64,000 nt of DNA from Escherichia phage vB_EcoM_JE01. The stretch is taken from sequence record PQ471460.1. One strand, 5' to 3'. The position numbers and the translations under genes are program-made. Each line of letters starts with the position of its first letter. Position 1 is the stretch's first letter. Of the stretch, positions 22,255 to 30,838 are shown one piece after another. The notes under the pieces were generated by a model. The model saw only the letters and a list, made by a program, of their open reading frames with translations, did no database searches and had not been told where the DNA came from.

Positions 22255-22490
22255 TGAAATTTCGTTTGGTACAACTCACAGCAATTAGTTCTTATTCCAA
22301 CGAGAACATTTCATTTGCTGTAGAGTATAAGAAGTATTTTTTCTCTAAATGGAAGCAGTATTATAAGTCAAACTGGGTTTGTATTGATAGACCGCATAGT
22401 TGGAAGTCTGATTTAGAAAAATGCCAAAAATTGCTTTCCACTCTTAAAGAACGTGGAACAACTCATATTAAAACTGTAATAGGTAAATAA
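22254..22490 (+). CDS. Small ORF between cd and 31 (78 aa)
   Basis: ATGA overlap with cd stop. Confidence 0.5.
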   Translation: MKFRLVQLTAISSYSNENISFAVEYKKYFFSKWKQYYKSNWVCIDRPHSWKSDLEKCQKLLSTLKERGTTHIKTVIGK

Positions 22491-22799
22491 ATGAAACTGA
22501 CAACTGAACAGAAAGTAGCAATTCGTGAAATTTTGAAAACTAAATTGTCCATGGGTATTTCAAACGTGGTTTTTGAAAAGTCTGATGGTACTATTCGTAC
22601 CATGAAAGGTACTCGTGATGCAGACTTTATGCCAACCATGCAAACTGGTAAATTGACTGAATCTACTCGGAAAGAATCTACTGATATGATTCCAGTATTT
22701 GATGTTGAGCTTGGTGCATGGCGAGGTTTTTCTATTGACAAATTGATTTCCGTTAATGGTATGAAAGTTGAGCATTTGCTTCAATTTATTGGTAAATAA
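22491..22799 (+). CDS. Small ORF between cd and 31 (102 aa)
   Basis: ATG directly after previous stop. Confidence 0.5.
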   Translation: MKLTTEQKVAIREILKTKLSMGISNVVFEKSDGTIRTMKGTRDADFMPTMQTGKLTESTRKESTDMIPVFDVELGAWRGFSIDKLISVNGMKVEHLLQFIGK

Positions 22800-22855
22800 A
22801 TGCTTTAAGAATTATTTGTTATTATTAATTCATCTGTTAACAAAAAGGAAAAACG

Positions 22856-23191
22856 ATGTCTGAAGTACAACAGCTACCAATTCGTGCTGTCGGTGAATAT
22901 GTTATTTTAGTTTCTGAACCTGCACAAGCCGGTGATGAAGAAGTTACAGAATCAGGACTTATTATCGGTAAACGTGTTCAAGGTGAAGTTCCTGAACTGT
23001 GTGTAGTTCACTCTGTTGGTCCTGATGTTCCTGAAGGTTTCTGTGAAGTTGGTGATTTGACTTCTCTTCCAGTTGGTCAAATTCGAAACGTTCCGCATCC
23101 TTTTGTAGCTCTGGGTCTTAAGCAGCCAAAAGAAATTAAACAAAAATTTGTTACCTGTCACTATAAAGCTATTCCGTGTCTTTATAAGTGA
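22856..23191 (+). CDS. 31: gp31 GroES-like co-chaperonin for capsid folding
   Basis: 111 aa [30 protein letters not shown]... matches remembered T4 gp31. Confidence 0.9.
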
Positions 23192-23338
23192 TATAAATAA
23201 TAATATGAATTGGGTGTCGGAATAATAAGTTAACCGAACAATTCTATGTGGTAGTCTACAACTGAGAGATCTGTCGAAAGAAGATGAAATTCAGAAGAAC
23301 GTGGCTACCGAGTTTTAATCTCTAACGAGAATTTTTAA

Positions 23339-23587
23339 ATGATTAAACAATTACAACACGCTCTCGAACTGCAACGAAACGCATGGAATAATGGTCACGA
23401 AAACTATGGCGCATCTATTGATGTTGAAGCCGAAGCTCTTGAAATCCTGCGTTATTTCAAACATCTGAATCCTGCTCAAACTGCACTAGCTGCTGAGCTC
23501 CAGGAAAAAGATGAACTTAAATATGCTAAGCCTCTGGCTTCTGCTGCACGAAAAGCAGTTCGTCACTTTGTGGTAACACTGAAGTAA
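23339..23587 (+). CDS. rIII: RIII lysis-inhibition accessory protein
   Basis: 82-aa ORF between gene 31 and the 30.x block as in T4. Confidence 0.75.
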   Translation: MIKQLQHALELQRNAWNNGHENYGASIDVEAEALEILRYFKHLNPAQTALAAELQEKDELKYAKPLASAARKAVRHFVVTLK

Positions 23588-23707
23588 TTATGTTGACGAG
23601 GTTTATGGTTATCCTGTCGGTAAATATTCAAAACCTAAGTACCCCTTTGAGGGCTTTCGCAGGCAATGCCAATAAGTCCTGCATTTTCATTTAAAAGAGA
23701 ATTTATA

Positions 23708-23884
23708 ATGGCAAAACAAGCTAAAGCAAAGAAAGCAGTTGAAAAGAAAGTTGGTGATTCTAAACGCGCTGGTTACAAGCGTGGGTCGAACTCTCGTATC
23801 AATCAAACTGTTGAGAAGATCATGCGCCGAGCACGTGCGGTTCTTCGAGATGATGCTTCTCGTTTTGGTAAGCAGAAAGCATAA
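23708..23884 (+). CDS. Small basic protein (30.9-like), function unknown
   Basis: ATG 23708 (MAKQAKAKKA...), Lys/Arg-rich; ORF track starts further upstream at 23666. Confidence 0.5.
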   Translation: MAKQAKAKKAVEKKVGDSKRAGYKRGSNSRINQTVEKIMRRARAVLRDDASRFGKQKA

Positions 23885-23890
23885 GTTGAG

Positions 23891-23913
23891 GACTCCTTCG
23901 GGAGTCCTTTTTT
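23891..23913 (+). terminator. Rho-independent terminator (UUCG tetraloop hairpin + T-run)
   Basis: gactccttcgggagtcc followed by tttttt. Confidence 0.75.
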
Positions 23914-23937
23914 ATTTTCCAAAGATTGCACAAAGTT

Positions 23938-23967
23938 GTTTACAGTATGGTTCCTTTGTGATAGTAT
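23938..23967 (+). promoter_or_regulatory. Early promoter (GTTTAC -35, TAGTAT -10)
   Basis: gtttac 23938..23943; tagtat 23962..23967; inverted repeat cctttgt (23953..23959) / acaaagg (23980..23986) overlaps the downstream SD. Confidence 0.45.
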
Positions 23968-23994
23968 TATCTTACACAAACAAAGGAGAATAAA

Positions 23995-24327
23995 ATGAAA
24001 ACGATTAATCTGAACGCTGCGGTTAAAACTAAATGCTTCAATGGTAAATATGATGAAACTATGTGGTTCTTAATGGCAGTTGAAGGTGATATTATTGAAG
24101 TAGAAACAACAGAAGGTATGGGAACAGATTTCACCTTTACAATTCAAGTTCATAATTTCTTTACTGGTTGGATTTATGAATTGAATACAGTAATCGTTGG
24201 AAAAATTGAACAAAATGAATTAGGTGAATGGTATTATGTTACAGCTCGCCAACGTGCAGAACGCTTAATTGAGAAGATGAAAAAAGTTGGCAAACTTGAC
24301 ATGCAGCACTGGAAAGTAGTAAAATAA
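23995..24327 (+). CDS. Hypothetical protein (30.8-like, 110 aa)
   Basis: ATG with AAGGAG SD. Confidence 0.55.
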   Translation: MKTINLNAAVKTKCFNGKYDETMWFLMAVEGDIIEVETTEGMGTDFTFTIQVHNFFTGWIYELNTVIVGKIEQNELGEWYYVTARQRAERLIEKMKKVGKLDMQHWKVVK

Positions 24328-24329
24328 TT

Positions 24330-24358
24330 GTTTACTTTGGTACAGGATATGATATTAT
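24330..24358 (+). promoter_or_regulatory. Early promoter (GTTTAC -35, TATTAT -10)
   Basis: gtttac 24330..24335; tattat 24353..24358; 8-bp inverted repeat ggtacagg/cctgtacc flanks the -10. Confidence 0.45.
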
Positions 24359-24394
24359 ATACCTGTACCGCAATTAAACATCTTGGAGAATAAA

Positions 24395-24760
24395 ATGAAC
24401 TACATCAACTTTGAACGTAAATATGTTTCTAATGGTATTGCAGGTTCTATTGATACTATCTGCCTTTGGAAACATCAAAATGGATCAGTATGCGAAATTG
24501 AACAGTATATGACTCCTAACTACGTTTATATGCGATTTGAAAATGGCATCACGGTTTCAATCACGAAAGAAGGTTCTTCTTTTAAAATCGCATTAGATGA
24601 TGATTTCCGTCAACGCGATTTAGGTACTCATCCTTGCTGGAATGGCGTCAATCGTAAGCTTCTGGTTAAAACTTGGATTCGTCATATTCTGAGTAACAGA
24701 GCTAAACCTGAGCATCTTGAAGCAATCTTTGATGTAGTTCTTAACGAATTTGATATTTAA
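24395..24760 (+). CDS. Hypothetical protein (30.7-like, about 121 aa)
   Basis: ATG 24395 with GGAGA SD (track start 24383 is TTG). Confidence 0.55.
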   Translation: MNYINFERKYVSNGIAGSIDTICLWKHQNGSVCEIEQYMTPNYVYMRFENGITVSITKEGSSFKIALDDDFRQRDLGTHPCWNGVNRKLLVKTWIRHILSNRAKPEHLEAIFDVVLNEFDI

Positions 24761-24767
24761 AATAAAA

Positions 24768-24786
24768 CAGGGGCTTCGGCCCCTTA
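24768..24786 (+). terminator. Stable UUCG-tetraloop hairpin (terminator or RNA-stability element)
   Basis: acaggggcttcggcccctt. Confidence 0.5.
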
Positions 24787-24800
24787 CTGAGGAAAATACT

Positions 24801-25088
24801 ATGTTTATGACTACTTATTTTGATACCCGCAAAAATTTCTGTGAAGTGGTTTTCTCTAAGGCACCTAAAGACCTTCCTGCTCATTTGCAACCTACCAGTG
24901 AATCAATTAAAAACTATGTTAATACAGTCTGCCCTTTAGAGTTTCGTACTGTAAATGGGCGTGATACTCTAGCTATCGCTAAACTCAATCGTGAAATTGA
25001 CATTGACCCTTCAATTGCGCGTGAAATTAACATTTCTGACATTGGTGGCGGTAATGTTAAATCGCACGGTTTTCAGATGAGGTTCTAA
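24801..25088 (+). CDS. Hypothetical protein (30.6-like, about 95 aa)
   Basis: ATG 24801 with GAGGA SD (track start 24750 is TTG and runs through the hairpin). Confidence 0.5.
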   Translation: MFMTTYFDTRKNFCEVVFSKAPKDLPAHLQPTSESIKNYVNTVCPLEFRTVNGRDTLAIAKLNREIDIDPSIAREINISDIGGGNVKSHGFQMRF

Positions 25089-25285
25089 TGAAATTCTTTT
25101 TAGGTCAAACTGTTGAATTAAAGGGAGTCGGTATACCTGGATTAATTTCTAAGGTTTTGCCTGCATTTAAATGGAGAGACGTTCAAATAAAAGAAGCTTA
25201 TATTGTTTCCTGGGTAGATGGAAATGAAGACCTTCGTATGGGTGATGAATTATCTCCTATTTACGGATTAAAGGAATTAGTATGA
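25088..25285 (+). CDS. Small ORF (65 aa)
   Basis: ATGA overlap. Confidence 0.5.
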   Translation: MKFFLGQTVELKGVGIPGLISKVLPAFKWRDVQIKEAYIVSWVDGNEDLRMGDELSPIYGLKELV

Positions 25286-25488
25286 ATATAATTAATAAGA
25301 TTTTTGGAATTCAGTACATTAAGGTCACATATAAAGTAACGTATAAAGGTCCGTATACCGATGAATATGAAGAGCCACAAGTTCAGTCTATTATATTAGA
25401 AAAGGACCCTAACTGGCCAGTTGAATTTCGTCTTCCTTGCTATGGTCATTGGGCTGATGTTGAAATTATAAGTATTGAAAATGTCTGA
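25282..25488 (+). CDS. Small ORF (68 aa)
   Basis: ATGA overlap. Confidence 0.5.
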   Translation: MNIINKIFGIQYIKVTYKVTYKGPYTDEYEEPQVQSIILEKDPNWPVEFRLPCYGHWADVEIISIENV

Positions 25489-25939
25489 GCTAGAGATAAG
25501 AAGCAATTTTAGATGGCCATCATGTGCATTAAGCAATTTCGCCCAATGGCCTTTCGTTATGGATGGTATCCAATTTGGAGGTCTAGAAGGATTCCTCCAA
25601 GGATGTAAGGTGAAAAATGTTGAACAGCAAAGACGTATATTTGGGTTATCCGGGCTTGCCGCCCAACAAGCTGGAAGGTCTTATGCTAGAGCTCAGGACC
25701 GTGGCACGTTGTTCTGGCTTGGAACTCCGTTTTCAAGATATTCCGAAGCATGGAAAGAATTATACACAAATGCATATTTTGAAGCAGCGATCCAAAACAG
25801 GGGTTTTCGTGATGCATTACAAGCCTCGAAAGGAAAAGTTTTGAAGCACAGCATGGCTAGTGGTCTAACAAAAGATGATACAATACTAACCGAAGCTGAA
25901 TTTATTGATGTGTTAAACCTATTAAGAGACTCTCTATGA
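25480..25939 (+). CDS. Hypothetical protein (30.3-like, about 152 aa)
   Basis: ATG 25480 (track start 25475 is TTG). Confidence 0.55.
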
Positions 25940-26775
25940 AGCCAACTATTTTGACTGATATTGATGGAGTATGTTTAAGCTGGCAATCAGGCCTTCCTTA
26001 TTTTGCTCAGAAATATAATCTTCCATTAGAACATATTTTAAAAATGATCCAAGATGAGAAATTTATTTCTCCAGGTAAGCTCTTTAATTGTGATGAAGAA
26101 CTTGGCGTCAAGTTAATTGAAAAATACAATCGTTCAGATTTTATTCGTTACTTGTCTCCGTATAAAGATGCCCTGTGTGTAATTAACAAATTAAAAGAAG
26201 ATTATAATTTTGTAGCTGTTACAGCATTGGGTGATTCTATTGACGCTCTGTTGAATCGTCAATTTAATTTGAACGCTCTTTTTCCTGGTGCCTTCTCAGA
26301 AGTAATGATGTGTGGTCATGATTCTTCAAAAGAAGAGCTGTTCAAAAAGGCAAAAGAGAAATATAACGTAATTTGTTATATTGACGATCTCGCCCATCAC
26401 TGCGATCATGCGAGTGAAATATTAAATGTTCCAGTTTATTGGATGGCTCGAGGAGAGCGTGACAATATTCCAAAAACTGCGCAGCGAGTTTATACATGGA
26501 ATGATGTAGAAAATAAGCTTTTTTCGCCGAAGGAAAATAAAGAAAGTTTTGATAGTGAAAAAGCTATAAAAGATTTAATTGAGAAGATGGTTAAAAACGA
26601 TTCTTTTCCTTGGAACACTACCTGGAGAACGCCTGGATTTAATCCTTATAATCATCTATATCATCCATATCAGACACATCCGTTTCAGACATGGAACTAT
26701 ATTAAACCTGGTGGCATAGAGTATTTGTATAATAGACCTACTAGTGGTGATAATATTTTTCAAGGAGCATTCTAA
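25936..26775 (+). CDS. Hypothetical protein with HAD-like N-terminal motif (30.2-like, 279 aa)
   Basis: N-terminus MKPTILTDIDGVCLSW resembles HAD motif I (DxDG); possible nucleotidase/phosphatase. Confidence 0.55.
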   Translation: MKPTILTDIDGVCLSWQSGLPYFAQKYNLPLEHILKMIQDEKFISPGKLFNCDEELGVKLIEKYNRSDFIRYLSPYKDALCVINKLKEDYNFVAVTALGDSIDALLNRQFNLNALFPGAFSEVMMCGHDSSKEELFKKAKEKYNVICYIDDLAHHCDHASEILNVPVYWMARGERDNIPKTAQRVYTWNDVENKLFSPKENKESFDSEKAIKDLIEKMVKNDSFPWNTTWRTPGFNPYNHLYHPYQTHPFQTWNYIKPGGIEYLYNRPTSGDNIFQGAF

Positions 26776-27044
26776 TGTTTGTTGTTCATACTATTTATGA
26801 AAATGAAGGTAATACTACACGTGATTACGGTCACGTAAATCAATTTTTTAGATGCAATCCAGAATTCCGTGCTCAAAAAGACGAACGAATTTTTAAAAAA
26901 TGTGTAGAACAAGGTTTCATTTACGTCAAGCATTGGATGCAAGGAAATAAAGTTAGAACTACATATCATAAGTCTTTGCCTGAGCTTAATGATGAATTGA
27001 TTTATAATAGAGATGTAAATCAAACTCTGAAGGATGAACAATGA
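26775..27044 (+). CDS. Small ORF (30.1-like, 89 aa)
   Basis: ATGA overlap with ligase start. Confidence 0.5.
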   Translation: MFVVHTIYENEGNTTRDYGHVNQFFRCNPEFRAQKDERIFKKCVEQGFIYVKHWMQGNKVRTTYHKSLPELNDELIYNRDVNQTLKDEQ

Positions 27045-28504
27045 TTCTTAAAATTCTGAATGAAATAGCATCTATTGGATCAACTAAACAGAAGCAAGCA
27101 ATTCTTGAAAAGAATAAAGATAATGAATTGCTTAAACGAGTATATCGTCTGACTTATTCTCGTGGGTTACAGTATTATATCAAGAAATGGCCTAAACCTG
27201 GTATTGCTACCCAGAGTTTTGGAATGCTGACTATTACCGATATGCTTGACTTCATTGAATTCACATTAGCTACTCGGAAATTGACTGGAAACGCGGCAAT
27301 TGAGGAATTAACTGGATATATCACCGATGGTAAAAAGGATGATGTTGAAGTTTTGCGTCGAGTTATGATGCGAGACCTTGAATGCGGTGCTTCAGTATCT
27401 ATTGCAAACAAAGTTTGGCCAGGTTTAATTCCTGAACAACCTCAAATGCTGGCAAGTTCTTATGATGAAAAAGGCATTAGTAAGAATATCAAGTTTCCAG
27501 CTTTTGCGCAGTTAAAAGCAGATGGAGCTCGGTGTTTTGCTGAAGTCAGAGGTGATGAATTAGATGATGTTCGTCTTTTATCACGAGCTGGCAATGAATA
27601 CCTAGGATTAGATCTTCTTAAGGAAGAGTTAATCAAAATGACTGCTGAAGCCCGCCAGATTCATCCAGAAGGCGTGTTAATCGATGGCGAATTGGTATAC
27701 CATGAGCAAGTTAAAAAGGAACCAGAAGGCCTAGATTTTCTTTTTGATGCTTATCCTGAAATTAGTAAAGCTAAAGAATTCGCCAAAGTAGCGGAATCTC
27801 GTACTGCTTCTAATGGAATCGCCAATAAATCCTTAAAAGGAACCATTTCCGAAAAAGAAGCCAAATGCATGAAGTTTCAGGTCTGGGATTATGTCCCGTT
27901 GGTAGAAATATACGGTCTTCAGGCGTTTCGTTTAAAATATGATGTACGTTTTTCTAAACTAGAACAAATGACATCAGGATATGATAAAGTAATTTTAATT
28001 GAAAACCAGGTAGTAAATAACCTAGATGAAGCTAAGGTAATTTATAAAAAATATATTGACCAAGGTCTTGAAGGTATTATTCTCAAAAATACCGATGGAT
28101 TGTGGGAAAATGCTCGTTCAAAAAATCTCTATAAATTTAAAGAAGTAATTGATGTTGATTTAAAAATTGTAGGAATTTATCCTCACCGTAAAGACCCTAC
28201 TAAAGCGGGTGGATTTATTCTTGAATCAGAGTGTGGAAAAATTAAAGTAAATGCAGGTTCAGGCTTAAAAGATAAAGCCGGTGTAAAATCGCATGAACTT
28301 GACCGTACTCGCATTATGGAAAACCAAAATTATTATATTGGAAAAATTCTAGAGTGCGAATGCAACGGTTGGTTAAAATCTGATGGCCGCACTGATTACG
28401 TTAAATTATTTCTTCCGATTGCGATTCGTTTACGTGAAGATAAAACTAAAGCTAATACATTCGAGGATGTATTTGGTGATTTTCATGAGGTAACTGGTCT
28501 ATGA
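27041..28504 (+). CDS. 30: ATP-dependent DNA ligase
   Basis: 487 aa; adenylation lysine motif KADGAR; matches remembered T4 DNA ligase. Confidence 0.95.
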   Translation: MILKILNEIASIGSTKQKQAILEKNKDNELLKRVYRLTYSRGLQYYIKKWPKPGIATQSFGMLTITDMLDFIEFTLATRKLTGNAAIEELTGYITDGKKDDVEVLRRVMMRDLECGASVSIANKVWPGLIPEQPQMLASSYDEKGISKNIKFPAFAQLKADGARCFAEVRGDELDDVRLLSRAGNEYLGLDLLKEELIKMTAEARQIHPEGVLIDGELVYHEQVKKEPEGLDFLFDAYPEISKAKEFAKVAESRTASNGIANKSLKGTISEKEAKCMKFQVWDYVPLVEIYGLQAFRLKYDVRFSKLEQMTSGYDKVILIENQVVNNLDEAKVIYKKYIDQGLEGIILKNTDGLWENARSKNLYKFKEVIDVDLKIVGIYPHRKDPTKAGGFILESECGKIKVNAGSGLKDKAGVKSHELDRTRIMENQNYYIGKILECECNGWLKSDGRTDYVKLFLPIAIRLREDKTKANTFEDVFGDFHEVTGL

Positions 28505-28689
28505 AAGCTTACTTAGAAACAATTGTCGTGGCTCAAAAAGAAGGTGGAGATGTTTCTACTTCTGTATCACAAATCGTTCTCGAATTTGTAGATGCATATG
28601 CTTATAATAAATTTACAGAAACATTTGATGCCTATGAAAAAGGGCCAAAGTTTGAAATATATCGTACTCTCTTACCATTAGATTATTAA
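28501..28689 (+). CDS. Small ORF after ligase (62 aa)
   Basis: ATGA overlap with gene 30 stop. Confidence 0.45.
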   Translation: MKAYLETIVVAQKEGGDVSTSVSQIVLEFVDAYAYNKFTETFDAYEKGPKFEIYRTLLPLDY

Positions 28690-28705
28690 AGGCCTTCGGG
28701 CCTTT
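28688..28705 (+). terminator. UUCG-tetraloop hairpin terminator
   Basis: aaaggccttcgggccttt followed by T-rich tract. Confidence 0.6.
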
Positions 28706-28710
28706 AATTT

Positions 28711-28718
28711 TATAAATA
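28711..28718 (+). promoter_or_regulatory. Late promoter (TATAAATA) upstream of alt
   Basis: tataaata about 24 nt upstream of the alt ATG; Alt is a virion-packaged late protein. Confidence 0.6.
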
Positions 28719-28741
28719 GAATAAACACTAGAGAGGATATG

Positions 28742-30835
28742 ATGGAACTTATTACAGAATTATTTGACGAAGATACTACTCTTCCGATTACAAACTTAAA
28801 TCCAAAGAAGAAAATACCGCAAATTTTTTCAGTTCATGTTGATGACGCAATTGAACAACCAGGCTTTCGTTTATGTACCTATACATCTGGAGGTGATACT
28901 AATCGCGATTTAAAAATGGGCGATAAAATGATGCATATTGTTCCTTTTACATTAACTGCTAAAGGTTCAATTGCTAAATTAAAAGGTCTCGGTCCAAGCC
29001 CAATTAATTACATCAATTCAGTTTTTACTGTTGCAATGCAGACGATGCGTCAGTATAAAATTGATGCCTGTATGCTCCGTATTCTTAAGTCTAAAACTGC
29101 TGGTCAAGCTCGACAAATTCAAGTTATTGCTGATAGACTTATCCGTAGTCGTTCAGGTGGCAGATACGTCCTTCTTAAGGAACTCTGGGATTATGATAAA
29201 AAGTATGCATATATTCTTATACATCGCAAAAATGTATCACTAGAAGACATTCCAGGAGTTCCTGAAATTAGTACCGAGCTCTTTACTAAAGTTGAATCGA
29301 AAGTCGGCGATGTTTATATCAATAAAGATACTGGAGCTCAAGTAACTAAAAATGAGGCAATTGCTGCTTCTATTGCACAAGAAAATGATAAACGTTCTGA
29401 CCAAGCTGTAATCGTTAAAGTTAAAATTTCCCGTAGAGCAATTGCACAAAGTCAGTCATTGGAATCTTCTAGATTTGAAAGTGAATTATTCCAGAAATAT
29501 GAATCTACCGCAGCTAATTTCAATAAACCTGCTACAGCTCCTTTAATTCCCGAAGCAGAAGAAATGAAGCTTGGAATTAATTCATTAGCTTCTAAAACTA
29601 AGGCAGCAAAAATTATTGCCGAAGGAACCGCAGATGAACTTCACTATGACTATAAATTCTTTTCAAAAAGTGAGGTTAATGAAGTTTCTGAAAAAATTAA
29701 AGATGTAATTCTCAATGCGATTAAAAATGAACCAACCACTTCAATAAAATGTTTAGAGAAATACGCAGCAGCTGTTAATCAATTCTTTGAAGAATATAAA
29801 GATAATTGGCTTGATAAACATAATAAAACCCGTAAAGGACAGCCAGATGAAGTCTGGGAAGAAATAACTAAAAATTCCTGGAACGCAGCAAAAACTAAAT
29901 TCCTCAAACGAATGATTTATAGCTTTTCTGGAATTGGTGCAGGTCCAATGATTGATATTACTATTGCCCGTGATGGTTCTAAATATACTCCATCGCAAAA
30001 GCGCGGCATTAGAGAGTATTGTGGATCAGGATATACTGACATCAATAATCTTCTTTTAGGCCGCTACAATCCAGAACGATATGATGTAATGAGTGAAAAA
30101 GAAATTGAATCTGCGATAAATAATTTAGATTCAGCTTTTGAAAATGGTGACCGTATACCAGAAGGCATTACAGTTTATCGTGCTCAAAGTATGACTGCTC
30201 CTATATACGAAGCGCTAGTTAAAAATAAAGTGTTCTATTTCAGAAATTTTGTATCTACTTCTTTAACTCCTATCATTTTTGGACGTTTTGGAATTACACA
30301 TGCTGGCATCGGTCTTTTAGAACCAGAAGCTCGTAATGAATTAACAGTTGATAAAAATGAAGAAGGAATAACTATTAATCCAAACGAAATAAGAGCGTAT
30401 AAAGAAAATCCTGAATACGTTAAAGTTCAAATAGGATGGGCAATTGATGGAGCTCATAAAGTTAATGTTGTATATCCAGGAAGTCTCGGAATAGCAACAG
30501 AAGCTGAAGTTATTCTACCACGCGGATTGATGGTCAAAGTTAATAAAATAACTGATGCTTCTAATAATGACGGAACAACATCTAATAATACAAAACTCAT
30601 TCAAGCTGAAGTTATGACTACGGAAGAACTCACTGAATCGGTAATCTATGATGGAGACCATTTAATGGAAACTGGTGAAGTAGTTGCAATGACAGATGAT
30701 ATTGAAATAGAAGACAGAGTTGACTTTGCATCATTTGTTTCATCAAATGTTAAACAGAAAGCAGAATCATCTCTTGGAATTATTGCGTCTTGCATAGATA
30801 TTACAAACATGCCTTACAAGTTCGTTCAAGGATAA
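28742..30835 (+). CDS. alt: Alt-type ADP-ribosyltransferase (head-packaged), paralog 1
   Basis: About 697 aa; MELITE N-terminus; C-terminal ART hallmarks: Arg in GITVYRAQS, STS motif FVSTSL, ExE-type motif ATEAEVILPRG. Confidence 0.85.
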   Translation: MELITELFDEDTTLPITNLNPKKKIPQIFSVHVDDAIEQPGFRLCTYTSGGDTNRDLKMGDKMMHIVPFTLTAKGSIAKLKGLGPSPINYINSVFTVAMQTMRQYKIDACMLRILKSKTAGQARQIQVIADRLIRSRSGGRYVLLKELWDYDKKYAYILIHRKNVSLEDIPGVPEISTELFTKVESKVGDVYINKDTGAQVTKNEAIAASIAQENDKRSDQAVIVKVKISRRAIAQSQSLESSRFESELFQKYESTAANFNKPATAPLIPEAEEMKLGINSLASKTKAAKIIAEGTADELHYDYKFFSKSEVNEVSEKIKDVILNAIKNEPTTSIKCLEKYAAAVNQFFEEYKDNWLDKHNKTRKGQPDEVWEEITKNSWNAAKTKFLKRMIYSFSGIGAGPMIDITIARDGSKYTPSQKRGIREYCGSGYTDINNLLLGRYNPERYDVMSEKEIESAINNLDSAFENGDRIPEGITVYRAQSMTAPIYEALVKNKVFYFRNFVSTSLTPIIFGRFGITHAGIGLLEPEARNELTVDKNEEGITINPNEIRAYKENPEYVKVQIGWAIDGAHKVNVVYPGSLGIATEAEVILPRGLMVKVNKITDASNNDGTTSNNTKLIQAEVMTTEELTESVIYDGDHLMETGEVVAMTDDIEIEDRVDFASFVSSNVKQKAESSLGIIASCIDITNMPYKFVQG

Positions 30836-30838
30836 ATC

